Position numbers and translations under genes: made by a program. From a virus, in the IMG/VR virus record IMGVR_UViG_3300029858_000005: 64,000 nt of DNA. One strand, written 5' to 3'. Of the stretch, positions 33,901 to 43,192 are shown one piece after another. A model generated the notes under the pieces. It was not told the DNA's origin, did not search any database, and was given only the letters and a program-made list of their open reading frames with translations. Position 1 is the first letter of the stretch. Every line of letters starts with the position of its first letter.

Positions 33901-35872
33901 CTCCTGTAGTATCCTTTTCAGCAAGATCATGCTGCCTTGCCATGAAAATCTCATCAACCTTAGGCTGATAGACGTACCTTGTGTAGTCGTTCTTGTCAAT
34001 GAATGCTATGGCGTATTTAAGGAGCTTCAGAGACGCAGCATTGACATACGAATCAGGAAGTGTGATGCCGGTAAGAACGAAATGGTCGCCTTTCTTGATA
34101 GGGTAGTCCTTGTATGGAAACCAAAGCTCAAGAGCGTCGTCCTTTACTCTTTCAATAGTAAGCCTCCATCTTCCATCAATCTTGGTTGAGGATGCTACCT
34201 TGAATGTTCGTCCGCCACACATACCATCCTTCATCGAGATGGAGAAGTCGTCATCCTTTAAGTCGTTGATATCAAAATCGATAGCCTTTTTAAGATAGAT
34301 ATCAACATTCTTTACGGTTTCATTATCGCCAAATCTTCCGTCATCATCAGGAGCCACACCCTCATCAATCTCATCAACACGTACGCCACCGATTTCCATC
34401 TCCTCGATAGTAGGGTAGATTTCAATAACTCCATTTGTCTTATCATCTGTTTCAAAGAACTGCGATGCAGAACGAAGACCAATCTGCTCGATGTTGATAG
34501 AATCGATGTATGGCCTGTGCGGATCTGTGGAGAATTTATGCTGTCTCCCGGTAGGATTCACGTACTTCTTCTCTTTATCCGTGAGTGTGTTATAGAAATC
34601 ACTCAGCGATACATGAGGGAATCCAGGCAACATAAGTCTGTTGATGGACATGTTGTTCGGAAGATTCTTTGCGTACTCCTTCATGGACGAAGGAACATTT
34701 TTCTTGTTGAGGCCCGATGTGATATACATCTTTGTGTTTCCGGCCTCGACCTGCGCAATAAACGCATCAAGCTTCTCCTTTGACTCCTCATCTCCGGTGT
34801 CAGTCTGTGTTCCCTTCAGCTCAGAATAGAATCTACATTTTTTAGAGCCGTATCCCTGTGTTACATAACCGGTAATCTCAGTCTTGAAATCAAATGTAAC
34901 CTTAAGTACCCAACCGGAAGACTGCTCGCCAGTTTCTGGAGAAACAATATACTTTCTCGGATTCTTGAAATATGTCTCTATATAATCGAGGTCCAGTTCA
35001 AGTTCAACATTCGTGCTGGCTCCGACGACTTTCGTGATGTTCGCCACGTACTTGACACCGAGGTCAGCATAGTAGTGGGAAGGAAGATTCTTCTCGGAAC
35101 CATAGGCTCTCAATCTCGTAACGACACTCTGGTCGGAATCAGCGTTCTGAACAATCTCATATAATCCATTACCGAGGCCATACTTGAAGATATGGCTTGC
35201 CTGTATTCCGGTAGTACCGACATAGATGTTTCTTCCTCTGACGATGAAGTTTATGTCCCACTTCTCGTTCACAAGCGCAAGGGCCTGCCAACAGGTCTGC
35301 GAATCCACTGTAATGGACATCGATTCGATGACGTTATCGTCGGTTTTCTCACCATAAACCGACAACCACTCACTTTCAAGGGCTCCACGCTGAACGGAAC
35401 GGTCCTTGTTTCGGGAGTAAATCTTCCAAAGACCTGCACCAATCTGCTCGTTTAAGCATGCCTGGATTCTGTCTAGCAAATCATCCAAAGTCTGTACATA
35501 GAATGGAAATTTCGGCAGGGCAGTGTAGTGAAGCTCGTTATCGTTCAATACCACATCGAGGAACTCTGCCCTGGCAAGCTCATCCTGCAATGCATTGAAC
35601 TTTACGCTGTCATATACGAAGCCCTCACCGTAGGTGTCAGGTCTTGCCTGCTTATCTTTGCCCGGCTCGTAGTTGAGCTCAAACCGCTCGCCACGATAGA
35701 CAATATAGTCGCCTATCTGAAAGTTGATAGGCACTTCATGCTTGAAGTTGATAGTCAAAAAACACTCACCCATCCAGGAATCAGAGTACTCCAATCCATG
35801 AACGGTTATCTGCTCTCCGTTAACGTCTGTCAGCTTCGAGCCATCCTTATGATAAATATTCCAAGCGCTCAT
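27995..35872 (-). CDS. giant tail-associated (Tal-like N-terminus) / tail-fibre protein with C-terminal S74 intramolecular-chaperone domain
   Basis: 2625-aa uninterrupted ORF directly downstream of the Dit-like and tape-measure genes. It has repeats SVSGSGNA(V/I)TSV..K...FLTSHQSL and a C-terminal ...YQSSDIRLKQD... autoproteolysis motif. Confidence 0.85.
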   Translation of the reverse strand: MSAWNIYHKDGSKLTDVNGEQITVHGLEYSDSWMGECFLTINFKHEVPINFQIGDYIVYRGERFELNYEPGKDKQARPDTYGEGFVYDSVKFNALQDELARAEFLDVVLNDNELHYTALPKFPFYVQTLDDLLDRIQACLNEQIGAGLWKIYSRNKDRSVQRGALESEWLSVYGEKTDDNVIESMSITVDSQTCWQALALVNEKWDINFIVRGRNIYVGTTGIQASHIFKYGLGNGLYEIVQNADSDQSVVTRLRAYGSEKNLPSHYYADLGVKYVANITKVVGASTNVELELDLDYIETYFKNPRKYIVSPETGEQSSGWVLKVTFDFKTEITGYVTQGYGSKKCRFYSELKGTQTDTGDEESKEKLDAFIAQVEAGNTKMYITSGLNKKNVPSSMKEYAKNLPNNMSINRLMLPGFPHVSLSDFYNTLTDKEKKYVNPTGRQHKFSTDPHRPYIDSINIEQIGLRSASQFFETDDKTNGVIEIYPTIEEMEIGGVRVDEIDEGVAPDDDGRFGDNETVKNVDIYLKKAIDFDINDLKDDDFSISMKDGMCGGRTFKVASSTKIDGRWRLTIERVKDDALELWFPYKDYPIKKGDHFVLTGITLPDSYVNAASLKLLKYAIAFIDKNDYTRYVYQPKVDEIFMARQHDLAEKDTTGVIKSLHDTLKAGDLMEFEDTDLRIGGVISIDQLTIKEEDGKIPTYDITLREDKEVGTIQKIQQQISSLQSGNGGTGAGLTTTQVKGQIATEGSKHFISKINDDIANGTITWEKVQKFLQGLLVGGGSWTPDAEGRSHLITDYLEVRMKAIFEELVINKTSTIGGKEIISPAGGVVAHKVEEVTVTYNNVSQKAYRCYFLAEQDGDEVDNDFAVNDQVRSESFNVRKGTYHKAGNHFYWRLVIGRDEEPVELEGKKYHYIDLSDTDCATASDVPAKGDVLNQCGNRTDVERQNCLIFSAVDTYSPSISLYHGINSYSFANREYVEYGVNKQNNKAFFNVYGDMYVGDRPTKENGYEGSSYIRYDSSTKQMSVKAKISAKSTVDGKELSQYFKKIADLQNQVDGAIETWFYDGVPTLENAPAISWKTDKDKEIHLGDLYYDNKTGKAYRFAKDSNTYKWTIITDTDIAKALSDARMAQETANGKMKVFSVQPTTPYQVGDIWVNATYPSDGSTYKNEVLRCQTNKAAGSQFAIGDWIKASKYTDDTVANAAKKAAENAQKAAQTAQTDITNLGKTVTDNKKEFDNYVTDGYLEPSEIAAMAQDSKRLEDDFAAAQKSYNEVKEAEVLTNTKELTDLNTAFATLTTAKTELVTYLSDISARYNASDTNGKATIVSAVGTKFTNFQSTYSAFYDKLGLANAYITSKIYGDLKQNITDLAGYKYLKDALGQTTDIDGGLVMTTLLALRDGDGNVQSGINGAIDPNRGKKSIATWWGGQMVDKDYNSGNLTPATSLIRFDGSGYLANGAIWWDVSGKVHADPTSFIISEKNLGAYLIFFEPTWKEGSAGTSVADLVSLKPNAPFSKLGVSGDATFEGTISFHGIKLTYDSTNKAIKIDGNLYATGGITAYGAGASTTGGGGGLNGSVKSYSNALKLTSESLSEIASAYSIKALDSRISSLEGGSATAISVSGSGNAVTSVTKDGTTISVVKGSTFLTSHQSLDGYVNAISVSGSGNAITSVSKSGKGITFTKGATFLTSHQSLANYYTKSSVDSLLSGKSATSHTHSVKINGVTKTIAASGGAAVDLGTYLTSHQSLNGYATQSWVKSQGYLTSHQDVSILNMANDRYYSNNAYGINMRNSDIIGVNSVYTQDLSDSPTEAILFCRSNGNYDGIRAANGVLYFSNNVVRTTSKYDAEYEVYHKGNLTKLSQLTNDKNFVTGSVSGQTITINGVSTTWQNTWRGITDSYSGTSTGTSLSQKGANSLYNALHNGYASSAGNSDTVDGYHASGLLTALSNSDKGISITVGGTTKSISNISVNYASSAGNADTVDGLHGTDGRTFNGNINWSPNWNDVWSDGTNKHPWYGFDHRYPNTGAYSTTITDYFGMTIKTANTLRLDYGKLLLNGTDIHNINVASATKLAAARTIWGQSFDGTGNVNGTIYINNSDSENGAIILNNNVNANARISAIKDQVVFNTGAAIRFGAADWEYSDWAGLKYDTVANAIYLGIADGTVFNYYSNKRSNGTLKFPGITTITPDAGARIGGSGGDLYLGNANNSNWVKVQDICSHNGSNYWYIYQNGNAHFTSIDINSGATFNGPVKVNNMLTARGTMFTTSDSNVYGTSLQNWDGSIGANVTNMFNGIPQDNIQVEYSTDNGASWNTYPGNPENRFNLVNDNVRVFNYFLGSDNMIGNTEADKLAQIKKNQLRVTVKIPDEIYQELSWISIDVNNGVDIKCQVYFGSSTGGYKEYVSKIIKGWAHKCDICVGPLNVNVGNDTYRYVRLVFSHPSNNTNLRNGIVVKIRALALTKYSYNGDRYTISTTGHIYDYDAYMNTYFPNSILAKGGVTAYQSSDIRLKQDLRKLDYLGIIKAMGGTFSFAWKKDNTRSIGWIAQHVLCNPHLKDIVETDEKGYYKINYWSPKLIATAFGAIEQVGDEVSRLKARVVFLESEVLRLSGDKEDCNKKRLDNKNINLLN

Positions 35873-35879
35873 CTGTATG

Positions 35880-36368
35880 CTATACTAAATTTGAAATATT
35901 GCCCTGTGTATCCTTAATCGGCTTAATATCAGTAACAGGGTCGTTAAACTTGAAAGTAATAGAGAGGACTAGCAAGTCCTCGTTATCCGGATCTCTATAT
36001 AGGTTTGGATCAATATCCTTAAGTCTTACATGCTGTCTTCCGATTCTATTGAAGTCGCAATACATCTTCATCATGCCTGACTTGCGGATGTAATCAATAA
36101 AAGCCTTACATTTCTCGTTAGCGCCGAAAGCCTCGCCGTGGAACATAAACTTTACCTTATTCTCGTATGCCGCCATATAAAGTCCATCCTTTCCGATATA
36201 TTCGTCATCACCATGCTCATCGTGCCACTCCCTTTTCGGTGGTTCCTTGACAGAATCGCAAGGCTTGAACGGGTTCTCGGAAACATACATGCCGAAGTCG
36301 GCGATGGAGTCCTTCACCTCATTCCCATCGCCTTCCTTCTGCATGTATATCCTGAAATATTCTTTCAT
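35880..36368 (-). CDS. putative distal tail protein (position-based)
   Basis: 162-aa ORF between the tape measure/171-aa gene and the Tal-fibre gene. Confidence 0.5.
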   Translation of the reverse strand: MKEYFRIYMQKEGDGNEVKDSIADFGMYVSENPFKPCDSVKEPPKREWHDEHGDDEYIGKDGLYMAAYENKVKFMFHGEAFGANEKCKAFIDYIRKSGMMKMYCDFNRIGRQHVRLKDIDPNLYRDPDNEDLLVLSITFKFNDPVTDIKPIKDTQGNISNLV

Positions 36369-36446
36369 ACCTTAAATCAACTTTTTACAATTGCAAATAT
36401 ACAAAATATTGCATAAATATGCAAGCAATATACGTATAAACATGCG

Positions 36447-36962
36447 TTAATTGAACTTAAAATCGTGTCTGTCCCTGATATTGACTGGTCCGGTAGCTTT
36501 CACGACTGTTCCTCCGTATTGGTAGACGAAGCACTTCGCGGTATCTTCGCATTCAACATGAAGCTCTGCACCATCTAACAGATTGACAAACACCCTGGAG
36601 AATCCCTTAACCTTCAGGTAAAGTGAAGAGTTGTGCCTTACATATATCTCACCACTATCCATCCAGTCATAGCTGATATTTGCTACGCACTCTCCATTGA
36701 GGATGACAACCTTCGGATTTTGCAGGTCAACGTTCTCGTCAACATACACACCATGATCATGAATGACATCACCAAAGTACTTCTTCATATCCTTGGTCGA
36801 AGGCCAGTTCTTTCCGATACAGAAGTCAATACCCTTAACAAACTTCTCGACCATCTCATGCTTGGATGAGTTGTCGTGCCACTCGGCGGTCCACTGAGCG
36901 CAAAGACCCAGTGAAACCGCCTCGTTCTTCATTCTGTCTGATAAATTTCTTTTTTCAAACAT
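36447..36962 (-). CDS. hypothetical tail-module protein
   Basis: 171-aa ORF that starts 3 nt after the tape-measure stop. Confidence 0.6.
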   Translation of the reverse strand: MFEKRNLSDRMKNEAVSLGLCAQWTAEWHDNSSKHEMVEKFVKGIDFCIGKNWPSTKDMKKYFGDVIHDHGVYVDENVDLQNPKVVILNGECVANISYDWMDSGEIYVRHNSSLYLKVKGFSRVFVNLLDGAELHVECEDTAKCFVYQYGGTVVKATGPVNIRDRHDFKFN

Positions 36963-36964
36963 AA

Positions 36965-39900
36965 TTATTTCATTTTTAAAGATTTCGTACCATTGATAAC
37001 TCTGTTGAAGTTATCGTTATACTCAATGAAAATTTTCTCGATTCTCTCTGCTGCATCTGCATTGCGCAAGGTATTCCTAGCAATAAGGTTGAGCTGCGTG
37101 AGCTGAGATTTTGAAATCTCGCTCATCTCAGGAAGGAACTTGCCCTGCATTTCCCTGATTACAGAGACATCAAGTCTAATCGCGTTAAGATAGGATGCAA
37201 AAAGATCACCTGTCTCCTCGGTAATGCCTTTTATCGAGTTGGTCAAAGAGGAACTTCCGTTTTCTCTCAAATCAAGTCCCTTTTCCTTTAGAGCATCGAA
37301 GATACCGGTTAACTGAGGAACTACATTTTCGCCAACTTGGTAGAGCTTGTCAGCAAAATCGTCCATGTCGGTCTCATCAAGTTTACCCTTTTCATCAAGG
37401 ATACCTGTAAGCCATTCGAGAGGTTTTTCAAGTGCCTTCTCCATGATTTTCTGAGATACAATATTCTTCGTAACTTCGCGAACCATTTCCTTGACCTTAT
37501 TCTTGTAAGCCTCAACCGCATCTTCCCCCTTAGTCCATGCGCTTACAACAGTATCAGTCAGCTGATTTCCCCAACTCTTCATATCGATAGAGTAAACGTC
37601 TTTAAGGAAGTCCTGTGCGAACGTCTTAATCTGCAACTGCATCTCCTTGATTTGCTGGTCGTAGTCAGCAATCTTATCCTTGTCCGTCTTTTTCTTATCC
37701 TCCTCAGCTTGTCTCTGCTTTCTCAACTCGTCTTCCTGAGCGTGGAGTAGGGCGAGCTGATCTGCGTATGCGGAAGGATTCGTCTCTGTCTTCATTACAG
37801 CGTCATAAGTCTCCTTGCTGTAGTGACTGAAGTTGTGACCTCCAAAGAAATTCTTTCCAATATCTGTCTTAGAAAAAGAATCCCAAGCCTTATAGTCATT
37901 CTTGACATCGTTGAGCTTTTTATTCGCATCGGAAGACCTATTGTAAGAATAGATTCCACCGAGTGTCTTTTCAATAACGGAACTGATATTGCTAGATAGG
38001 TTCTTCAATTCATTCAGCTGTCTCTCTGCAAGCTTTATCTGTCTGTCGAGCTTGGCATCATGAGCCTTTGCAAACGCCTTAATAGGAGAGGTAAATATGC
38101 CAGTGACACCGGCAAGGATTCCACCAACGTTGCCGGACTCCGCGCTTGTTACCACCTTTGACAGTGAACTTGACATGCCGGAGAATGTCTCGAAGAACGC
38201 AGAAGCGTCCTGCCATCCATCAGACTCAGTGTCAGCTCCGAGAAGGGAAGCAGTCTCTTTGATGTCATTGAATGCTTCACTCATTCCCTGGACATTCTGG
38301 TCGATAATACTTACTACGTTAGCAAACTTATCAAGAGACTCCTTTGCTTTTGTTCCATCCTTAAACAGAATCTCAGCAGCTTTCATCATAGCCTTTCCGC
38401 TGTCAATCATGCTGTCACCACGCTTGATGAAGTTTTCGTCTCCCATTTTGAGACCAAGTTCACGAACCTTCTTTCCTTCAGCAATTTTACTTGCTGCGAT
38501 GGTCATCTGCTCGCTGGCATCAGAAATCTTCTGCTCAGCCATTCCCTTCAGGCCACCATTGAGGAAAGTCTTCTTTGGACTCGTCAGCTTCGATAACTGC
38601 TCATCAAGCTGCTTGATTTCCTTGGCGTACTCTCTAGCATCAATGGCTCCGCTTTGTAGAGCCTCATTGATATTCTGCCTGATTCTTGCTCCGATAGTCT
38701 GAGCCTTATCCATACCGAGAGACACGATGGCTCCGTAGAAGTTGAGATAATCAGAAGAGTTCTTGAACTTGTCAAGCTTAACCTGACCAATCTCCTTGTC
38801 TCTCTGAATCTCATATCTCGCCTTGATGCCAGGATCATTCGTCTTGCTGATAAGCTCGTTGTATCTCTCCCTTATCTTCAAGATTTTATCCTCATAATCT
38901 TCTGTCTTCTCAATGATGTCGGCGGCATCTTGCAAAGACTTAACATAATTACCACGGAGGAGTTCTGTAATTTTTTTCCACTCTTCGTACTGATTTGGCT
39001 GCTTAAGCTTTTTCTCAGCTTCTCCGTCAGTCATGCTGAGAGAATCCTGAAGATTGAATATCTCATGGTAGTGAGCGTAATACTCGTCCATAAGAGATTG
39101 AGTCTTGTCATCCATCTGGAAAGCGTCAATCCATGCGGACTCAGCAAAGAACTTGCTGCCTGTCTTTTCGAGAAGACTCTTGTACAAATCCCAACGTTCT
39201 GACAGCTTGTTCATGGACTCATTGAAGTCAGCTGCCTTTCTCTCATACTCCTTCTTGTCCTTCTCGTCGAAGAGCCACTCTGCAACCTCACGATAGATGG
39301 AAGTTTGGAACTTCTTTCTCTCGGTGGTGTTTATACTGAATCCTTCAAGGAGAGAATGGACAGCCTTCTGATAGTCGTCAAGATTAAGACCGGTAACCTC
39401 CGGGAAGAGATTATAAGTCTTCTTCTTTGCCTCTTCATCAGACATTATGCTCTTGTACTTCTGATACATCTGCCTTGCAGACTTCAAGCTGCTAAGGCGT
39501 TCCTGCAAGCGTTTGAGCTCAGTATCTTCTTCGCGACCATTCTTGTTTTTACCCTTACCGAAGTGACCAGTAACCTTATTCTTTCCTACATCAAGACTTA
39601 TTCCAGACTGAGCCGCTATTGCTTCAAGCATTCGCTGCTCCCTTACGTATGGTTGCCTGTCGCCTGCATTCTTTGCATTGTCGTTCTCGTCACGGACCTC
39701 CTTATATCTCTTTCTTACAGCCTCTCCGAATGAAGTCCATCCGTTACTATTTCCTCCATTCAGATTGTGGAGATACTCGGCCATTTCCTTCTGCCAGAAA
39801 CCACCTGTTCCTCCTTTAAGCTTTCCTGCCTTTTGTAGCTTGCCGAAGACTTTTCTTTCGATAGTTCCTACTTTGTTAGGGTTCTTCCAAACTTTTGGAC

Positions 39901-42900
39901 CAGTATTGCCTTCTTGTGGCTTTGCTTTTCCTATGTTCAAAATAGCCATAGCTACGCTTTGAAGTCTCGCTACAAGACCAGGAACTTTCTTGTTCGCCTC
40001 AGATAACATTTGGTCAAGCATGGTTCTGAACTTATCCGGGTGCTGTTTGCACCACCTTGAGAACTCAACCATGTCCATATTCCTACTCTTGGCCATATAT
40101 TCGAGATATTTAGGAATATCGTCGGTAGCTATCTCGCCGAAATTCGCTCCAAAATGCCGAAGGTCGTCTTCCAAATTTTCAAGACTTCCCTTCATGTCTT
40201 TGTTTCCGTTGCTTACTTTGTCAACAAAGTGACGCCAGGTTGCAGCCCCTTTTCCGCCAGTTGTATATAGCGTGTATAGTTTTTCCTCGAATGTCATACC
40301 TGCCGCCCTTGCTCCAAGCATCGAGTTTGCCACTTTCTCCATAGAGCTTTTTGTGGAATCGCCGAATTTCTCCATCTTCATCTGGAGCTGAGCAAGGTTC
40401 CCTGCGACGTCGTTTATGTTCTCGTCAATATCGTCTTGACCGATACCAGTCCATTGGCCGAACCAACTTGCTCCACCTGCGAATCCAGCACCAGAAGCCT
40501 TCTTTGCCTTTGCGAAGTTCTCTCCTTCGCTTGGAGTGAAATTATTCTCATTCCTAGCGTCAATGATTTTCTGTTTTAAGATATCATACTCCTTGCCGAG
40601 GTCATCAGTACTATCTATCTGTTCCTTAATGGAGTCTGTATAGAGTCCGCTCTGTTTAAGGACATCAGTCATCTTGTCTACCTGTTGCTGAAGAGCCTCG
40701 CCAGTGCCTTTATTGCCAACTTCCGATAACGTATCAGATAGTGTCTTTACTGTTGTTTTTGCAGTCTCGTTTATCCTATCGGTATCCTGTTTGATGCTGT
40801 CCTTGAACTGACTATATGCCGAATACAGAGCCGTTCCTATAGTAATACCAAGTGTTGCAATATTCCATCCTGAGAAGAATCCTCCAAGCTTTCCTTTTGC
40901 CTGGTTAACAGCAAGCGACATTCTTGCCCTTGTTCCTTCTTTAGTTATAAGCTCGGACTCCTTTGCGCTTATCATACCCATAAGGCGAAGCTGTTCGATC
41001 ATCTCCTTGGATATTAGACCCTCGCGGAAAGCTTTTTGCATCTTCAACGCGCTAAGTCTTCCCTCTAGTGCAGCTTGCTCTACAGCATTTCTGGTAATAA
41101 TCTTGCTATTCAGCATTCCCTGGTAGTCAGCAATATTCTGCCTCATTATTTCCTGGGTTATCTTACCCTCAATGAGAGCTTGCTGCTGCTCTACGGCGAA
41201 AGTTCTTAGCTTTACCTGTTGTTCAGCACGCAAAGCTGCAAGGTTACTGCTTATACCAACTCTTGAAGCAATGGCTGTCGCACCCTTACGCAAAGCATAC
41301 ATAGCACCGAATGCAAGTGCTGCGTTAGAGACCTTATCCAAAGCCAAAACCAAATCTGTTGTTCTATTAATAAGGAATGAGAAAGTACCTCCGACAACAC
41401 TCTTACCTTCTGCGAACTTTCCAAGCATAATGTCCCAGGCATCAATGAGCTTATTCCATCGACCAAGCAATGTTTCGGACAGAACGAACTGCATGTTGTA
41501 GAACTGGCCTCCCTCGTCTGTCATTTTCCAAAGCACTTTCTGGACATCCTCAAAGCTAACCTGTCTAGCACTAATCATCTTCTTGACATCTGCCTGGGTA
41601 TAATTGTTCCTTCCGTTCTTTCCTTCTGAGTTATAAAGCTCAGTGATTCTCTGCAAAAGAGGAAGACCGGCGTAAGCAAACTGGCGCAACTCCTTACCAT
41701 CGAGCCAAGAACGAGCCTTTACCTGGCCGAATGCCAAGCCCAATCGTCCGAAGTCTACGCCAAGACCAGATGCAATATCCGCAAGTCGTTTTGTGGTATC
41801 ATACAAGTCATTTGCTTCGACTCCGAATGCAGCCAGCTGCTTTACATCTCGGTTCAGCTCTCCAAACTTGAATGGAGACTGCAACGCAAGCTGCTGAGTC
41901 TGAGCGAATAATTCGTCCGCCTTCTGCACATCTCCAAGGATAGAACGCAACGCAACATGCTGCTGAACAATCTCACCACCGGTCTGTACGATTGAATTAA
42001 AGAATTGCTGTGCGCCAAAGACAATACCTCCCTGTAAGAAGAGAGACTTGATGTCTCCGACTATGGATTGCATCTTCTTCGCTTCAGCGTTTGCTCCGGC
42101 GAATGCTGAAGCAAGGTCGTTTCGTGCTCTTGCAGCAGACTGAGCAATTTCCTGCTGACGCTTCTGTTCAAGCTCGATACCTTTCTGAACCTCTTGGTTT
42201 ACTGCTTTCTGATCTTGAAGAACCCTAGAAGCTAATGTGGTATCGTGGCCACTACCGATATTGCCAAGCATACCGAGGCTATCCTTCCAGTTCTCTGAAT
42301 TAAGTCTTCCCTTGATATTTATAAGGGCTCTCATTAAAGAAAGAAGTCTGTTAATCTCGGCTTCAGCTTTACTAACATCTGCTCCGACAGAAATTCCTCG
42401 GCTGTATTCAGAGCGAAGCTGGCGAACCTTATTGCCGAGAGAATCATACCGACGCTCCGTGTTCTTCAAATCATTCTGGCGTTGTCTCTCTGCCTCTTTT
42501 GCCTCGCGTGCTGCGTCCTTTATAACCTTTGCATAAGTATTTGCTTTATCTATAGCATTAAGATACCCGGAACTCTTTACGATATCAGTTGCTGTGAGTC
42601 CTGTGATAGGATGAATACCTCTGTTATTCCTGATCTGTTCTAACTCAGTTCTGTATTTAGACAGCTCTGACAACGACTGGCGTATGTTGTTCGTTGAATC
42701 GATGCCAAACAACTGTATTCCTTCACCATGGCGTTTGTTGATTTCGTCAATAATAGAAGATAACTTATAAAGTTCTCTCTCTGCCTTGTTTGCCTCAGTG
42801 GAAACACTGTTAGGGAATATGTTGAATCCAGCACCTTCCTTAGACACCTCTCCAAGTATGCGGCCTATTTTGTACAGCCCGTCCTGGACAGACTCCAACT

Positions 42901-43174
42901 GCTGGAGTTTTTTCGAACTGAAGAAATCTTCGCTTGAAAATACGCCAATGTTACGACGTAATTCTTTAACGAAGTTGTTTAGCTTTTCAAAACTACGACC
43001 TCCCTTATCTCCAATACCTTTTGTTGCTTCGGATATTGCTTCCAAAGCATTCTGTGCCTGCTTACCAGTAGAATCAACCTTGTTTAATTCTCTGATAATC
43101 TTTTTGGTTTCCTCTTCAATTCTCGATTTTAGAGTGAGCGAGAAACTGAGGTCTCCCATATTTCCACCTGCCAT
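36965..43174 (-). CDS. tail tape measure protein
   Basis: 2069 aa, largely helical/coiled-coil composition, immediately downstream of the G/GT frameshift pair. Confidence 0.85.
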   Translation of the reverse strand: MAGGNMGDLSFSLTLKSRIEEETKKIIRELNKVDSTGKQAQNALEAISEATKGIGDKGGRSFEKLNNFVKELRRNIGVFSSEDFFSSKKLQQLESVQDGLYKIGRILGEVSKEGAGFNIFPNSVSTEANKAERELYKLSSIIDEINKRHGEGIQLFGIDSTNNIRQSLSELSKYRTELEQIRNNRGIHPITGLTATDIVKSSGYLNAIDKANTYAKVIKDAAREAKEAERQRQNDLKNTERRYDSLGNKVRQLRSEYSRGISVGADVSKAEAEINRLLSLMRALINIKGRLNSENWKDSLGMLGNIGSGHDTTLASRVLQDQKAVNQEVQKGIELEQKRQQEIAQSAARARNDLASAFAGANAEAKKMQSIVGDIKSLFLQGGIVFGAQQFFNSIVQTGGEIVQQHVALRSILGDVQKADELFAQTQQLALQSPFKFGELNRDVKQLAAFGVEANDLYDTTKRLADIASGLGVDFGRLGLAFGQVKARSWLDGKELRQFAYAGLPLLQRITELYNSEGKNGRNNYTQADVKKMISARQVSFEDVQKVLWKMTDEGGQFYNMQFVLSETLLGRWNKLIDAWDIMLGKFAEGKSVVGGTFSFLINRTTDLVLALDKVSNAALAFGAMYALRKGATAIASRVGISSNLAALRAEQQVKLRTFAVEQQQALIEGKITQEIMRQNIADYQGMLNSKIITRNAVEQAALEGRLSALKMQKAFREGLISKEMIEQLRLMGMISAKESELITKEGTRARMSLAVNQAKGKLGGFFSGWNIATLGITIGTALYSAYSQFKDSIKQDTDRINETAKTTVKTLSDTLSEVGNKGTGEALQQQVDKMTDVLKQSGLYTDSIKEQIDSTDDLGKEYDILKQKIIDARNENNFTPSEGENFAKAKKASGAGFAGGASWFGQWTGIGQDDIDENINDVAGNLAQLQMKMEKFGDSTKSSMEKVANSMLGARAAGMTFEEKLYTLYTTGGKGAATWRHFVDKVSNGNKDMKGSLENLEDDLRHFGANFGEIATDDIPKYLEYMAKSRNMDMVEFSRWCKQHPDKFRTMLDQMLSEANKKVPGLVARLQSVAMAILNIGKAKPQEGNTGPKVWKNPNKVGTIERKVFGKLQKAGKLKGGTGGFWQKEMAEYLHNLNGGNSNGWTSFGEAVRKRYKEVRDENDNAKNAGDRQPYVREQRMLEAIAAQSGISLDVGKNKVTGHFGKGKNKNGREEDTELKRLQERLSSLKSARQMYQKYKSIMSDEEAKKKTYNLFPEVTGLNLDDYQKAVHSLLEGFSINTTERKKFQTSIYREVAEWLFDEKDKKEYERKAADFNESMNKLSERWDLYKSLLEKTGSKFFAESAWIDAFQMDDKTQSLMDEYYAHYHEIFNLQDSLSMTDGEAEKKLKQPNQYEEWKKITELLRGNYVKSLQDAADIIEKTEDYEDKILKIRERYNELISKTNDPGIKARYEIQRDKEIGQVKLDKFKNSSDYLNFYGAIVSLGMDKAQTIGARIRQNINEALQSGAIDAREYAKEIKQLDEQLSKLTSPKKTFLNGGLKGMAEQKISDASEQMTIAASKIAEGKKVRELGLKMGDENFIKRGDSMIDSGKAMMKAAEILFKDGTKAKESLDKFANVVSIIDQNVQGMSEAFNDIKETASLLGADTESDGWQDASAFFETFSGMSSSLSKVVTSAESGNVGGILAGVTGIFTSPIKAFAKAHDAKLDRQIKLAERQLNELKNLSSNISSVIEKTLGGIYSYNRSSDANKKLNDVKNDYKAWDSFSKTDIGKNFFGGHNFSHYSKETYDAVMKTETNPSAYADQLALLHAQEDELRKQRQAEEDKKKTDKDKIADYDQQIKEMQLQIKTFAQDFLKDVYSIDMKSWGNQLTDTVVSAWTKGEDAVEAYKNKVKEMVREVTKNIVSQKIMEKALEKPLEWLTGILDEKGKLDETDMDDFADKLYQVGENVVPQLTGIFDALKEKGLDLRENGSSSLTNSIKGITEETGDLFASYLNAIRLDVSVIREMQGKFLPEMSEISKSQLTQLNLIARNTLRNADAAERIEKIFIEYNDNFNRVINGTKSLKMK

Positions 43175-43192
43175 ATCCTGAATATTTTTAAA

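Noticed and set aside
27995-35872. Diversity-generating retroelement targeting the fibre
   Set aside because: No reverse transcriptase gene and no template/variable repeat pair with adenine-specific differences are visible. The repeats seen are in-frame tandem domain repeats.
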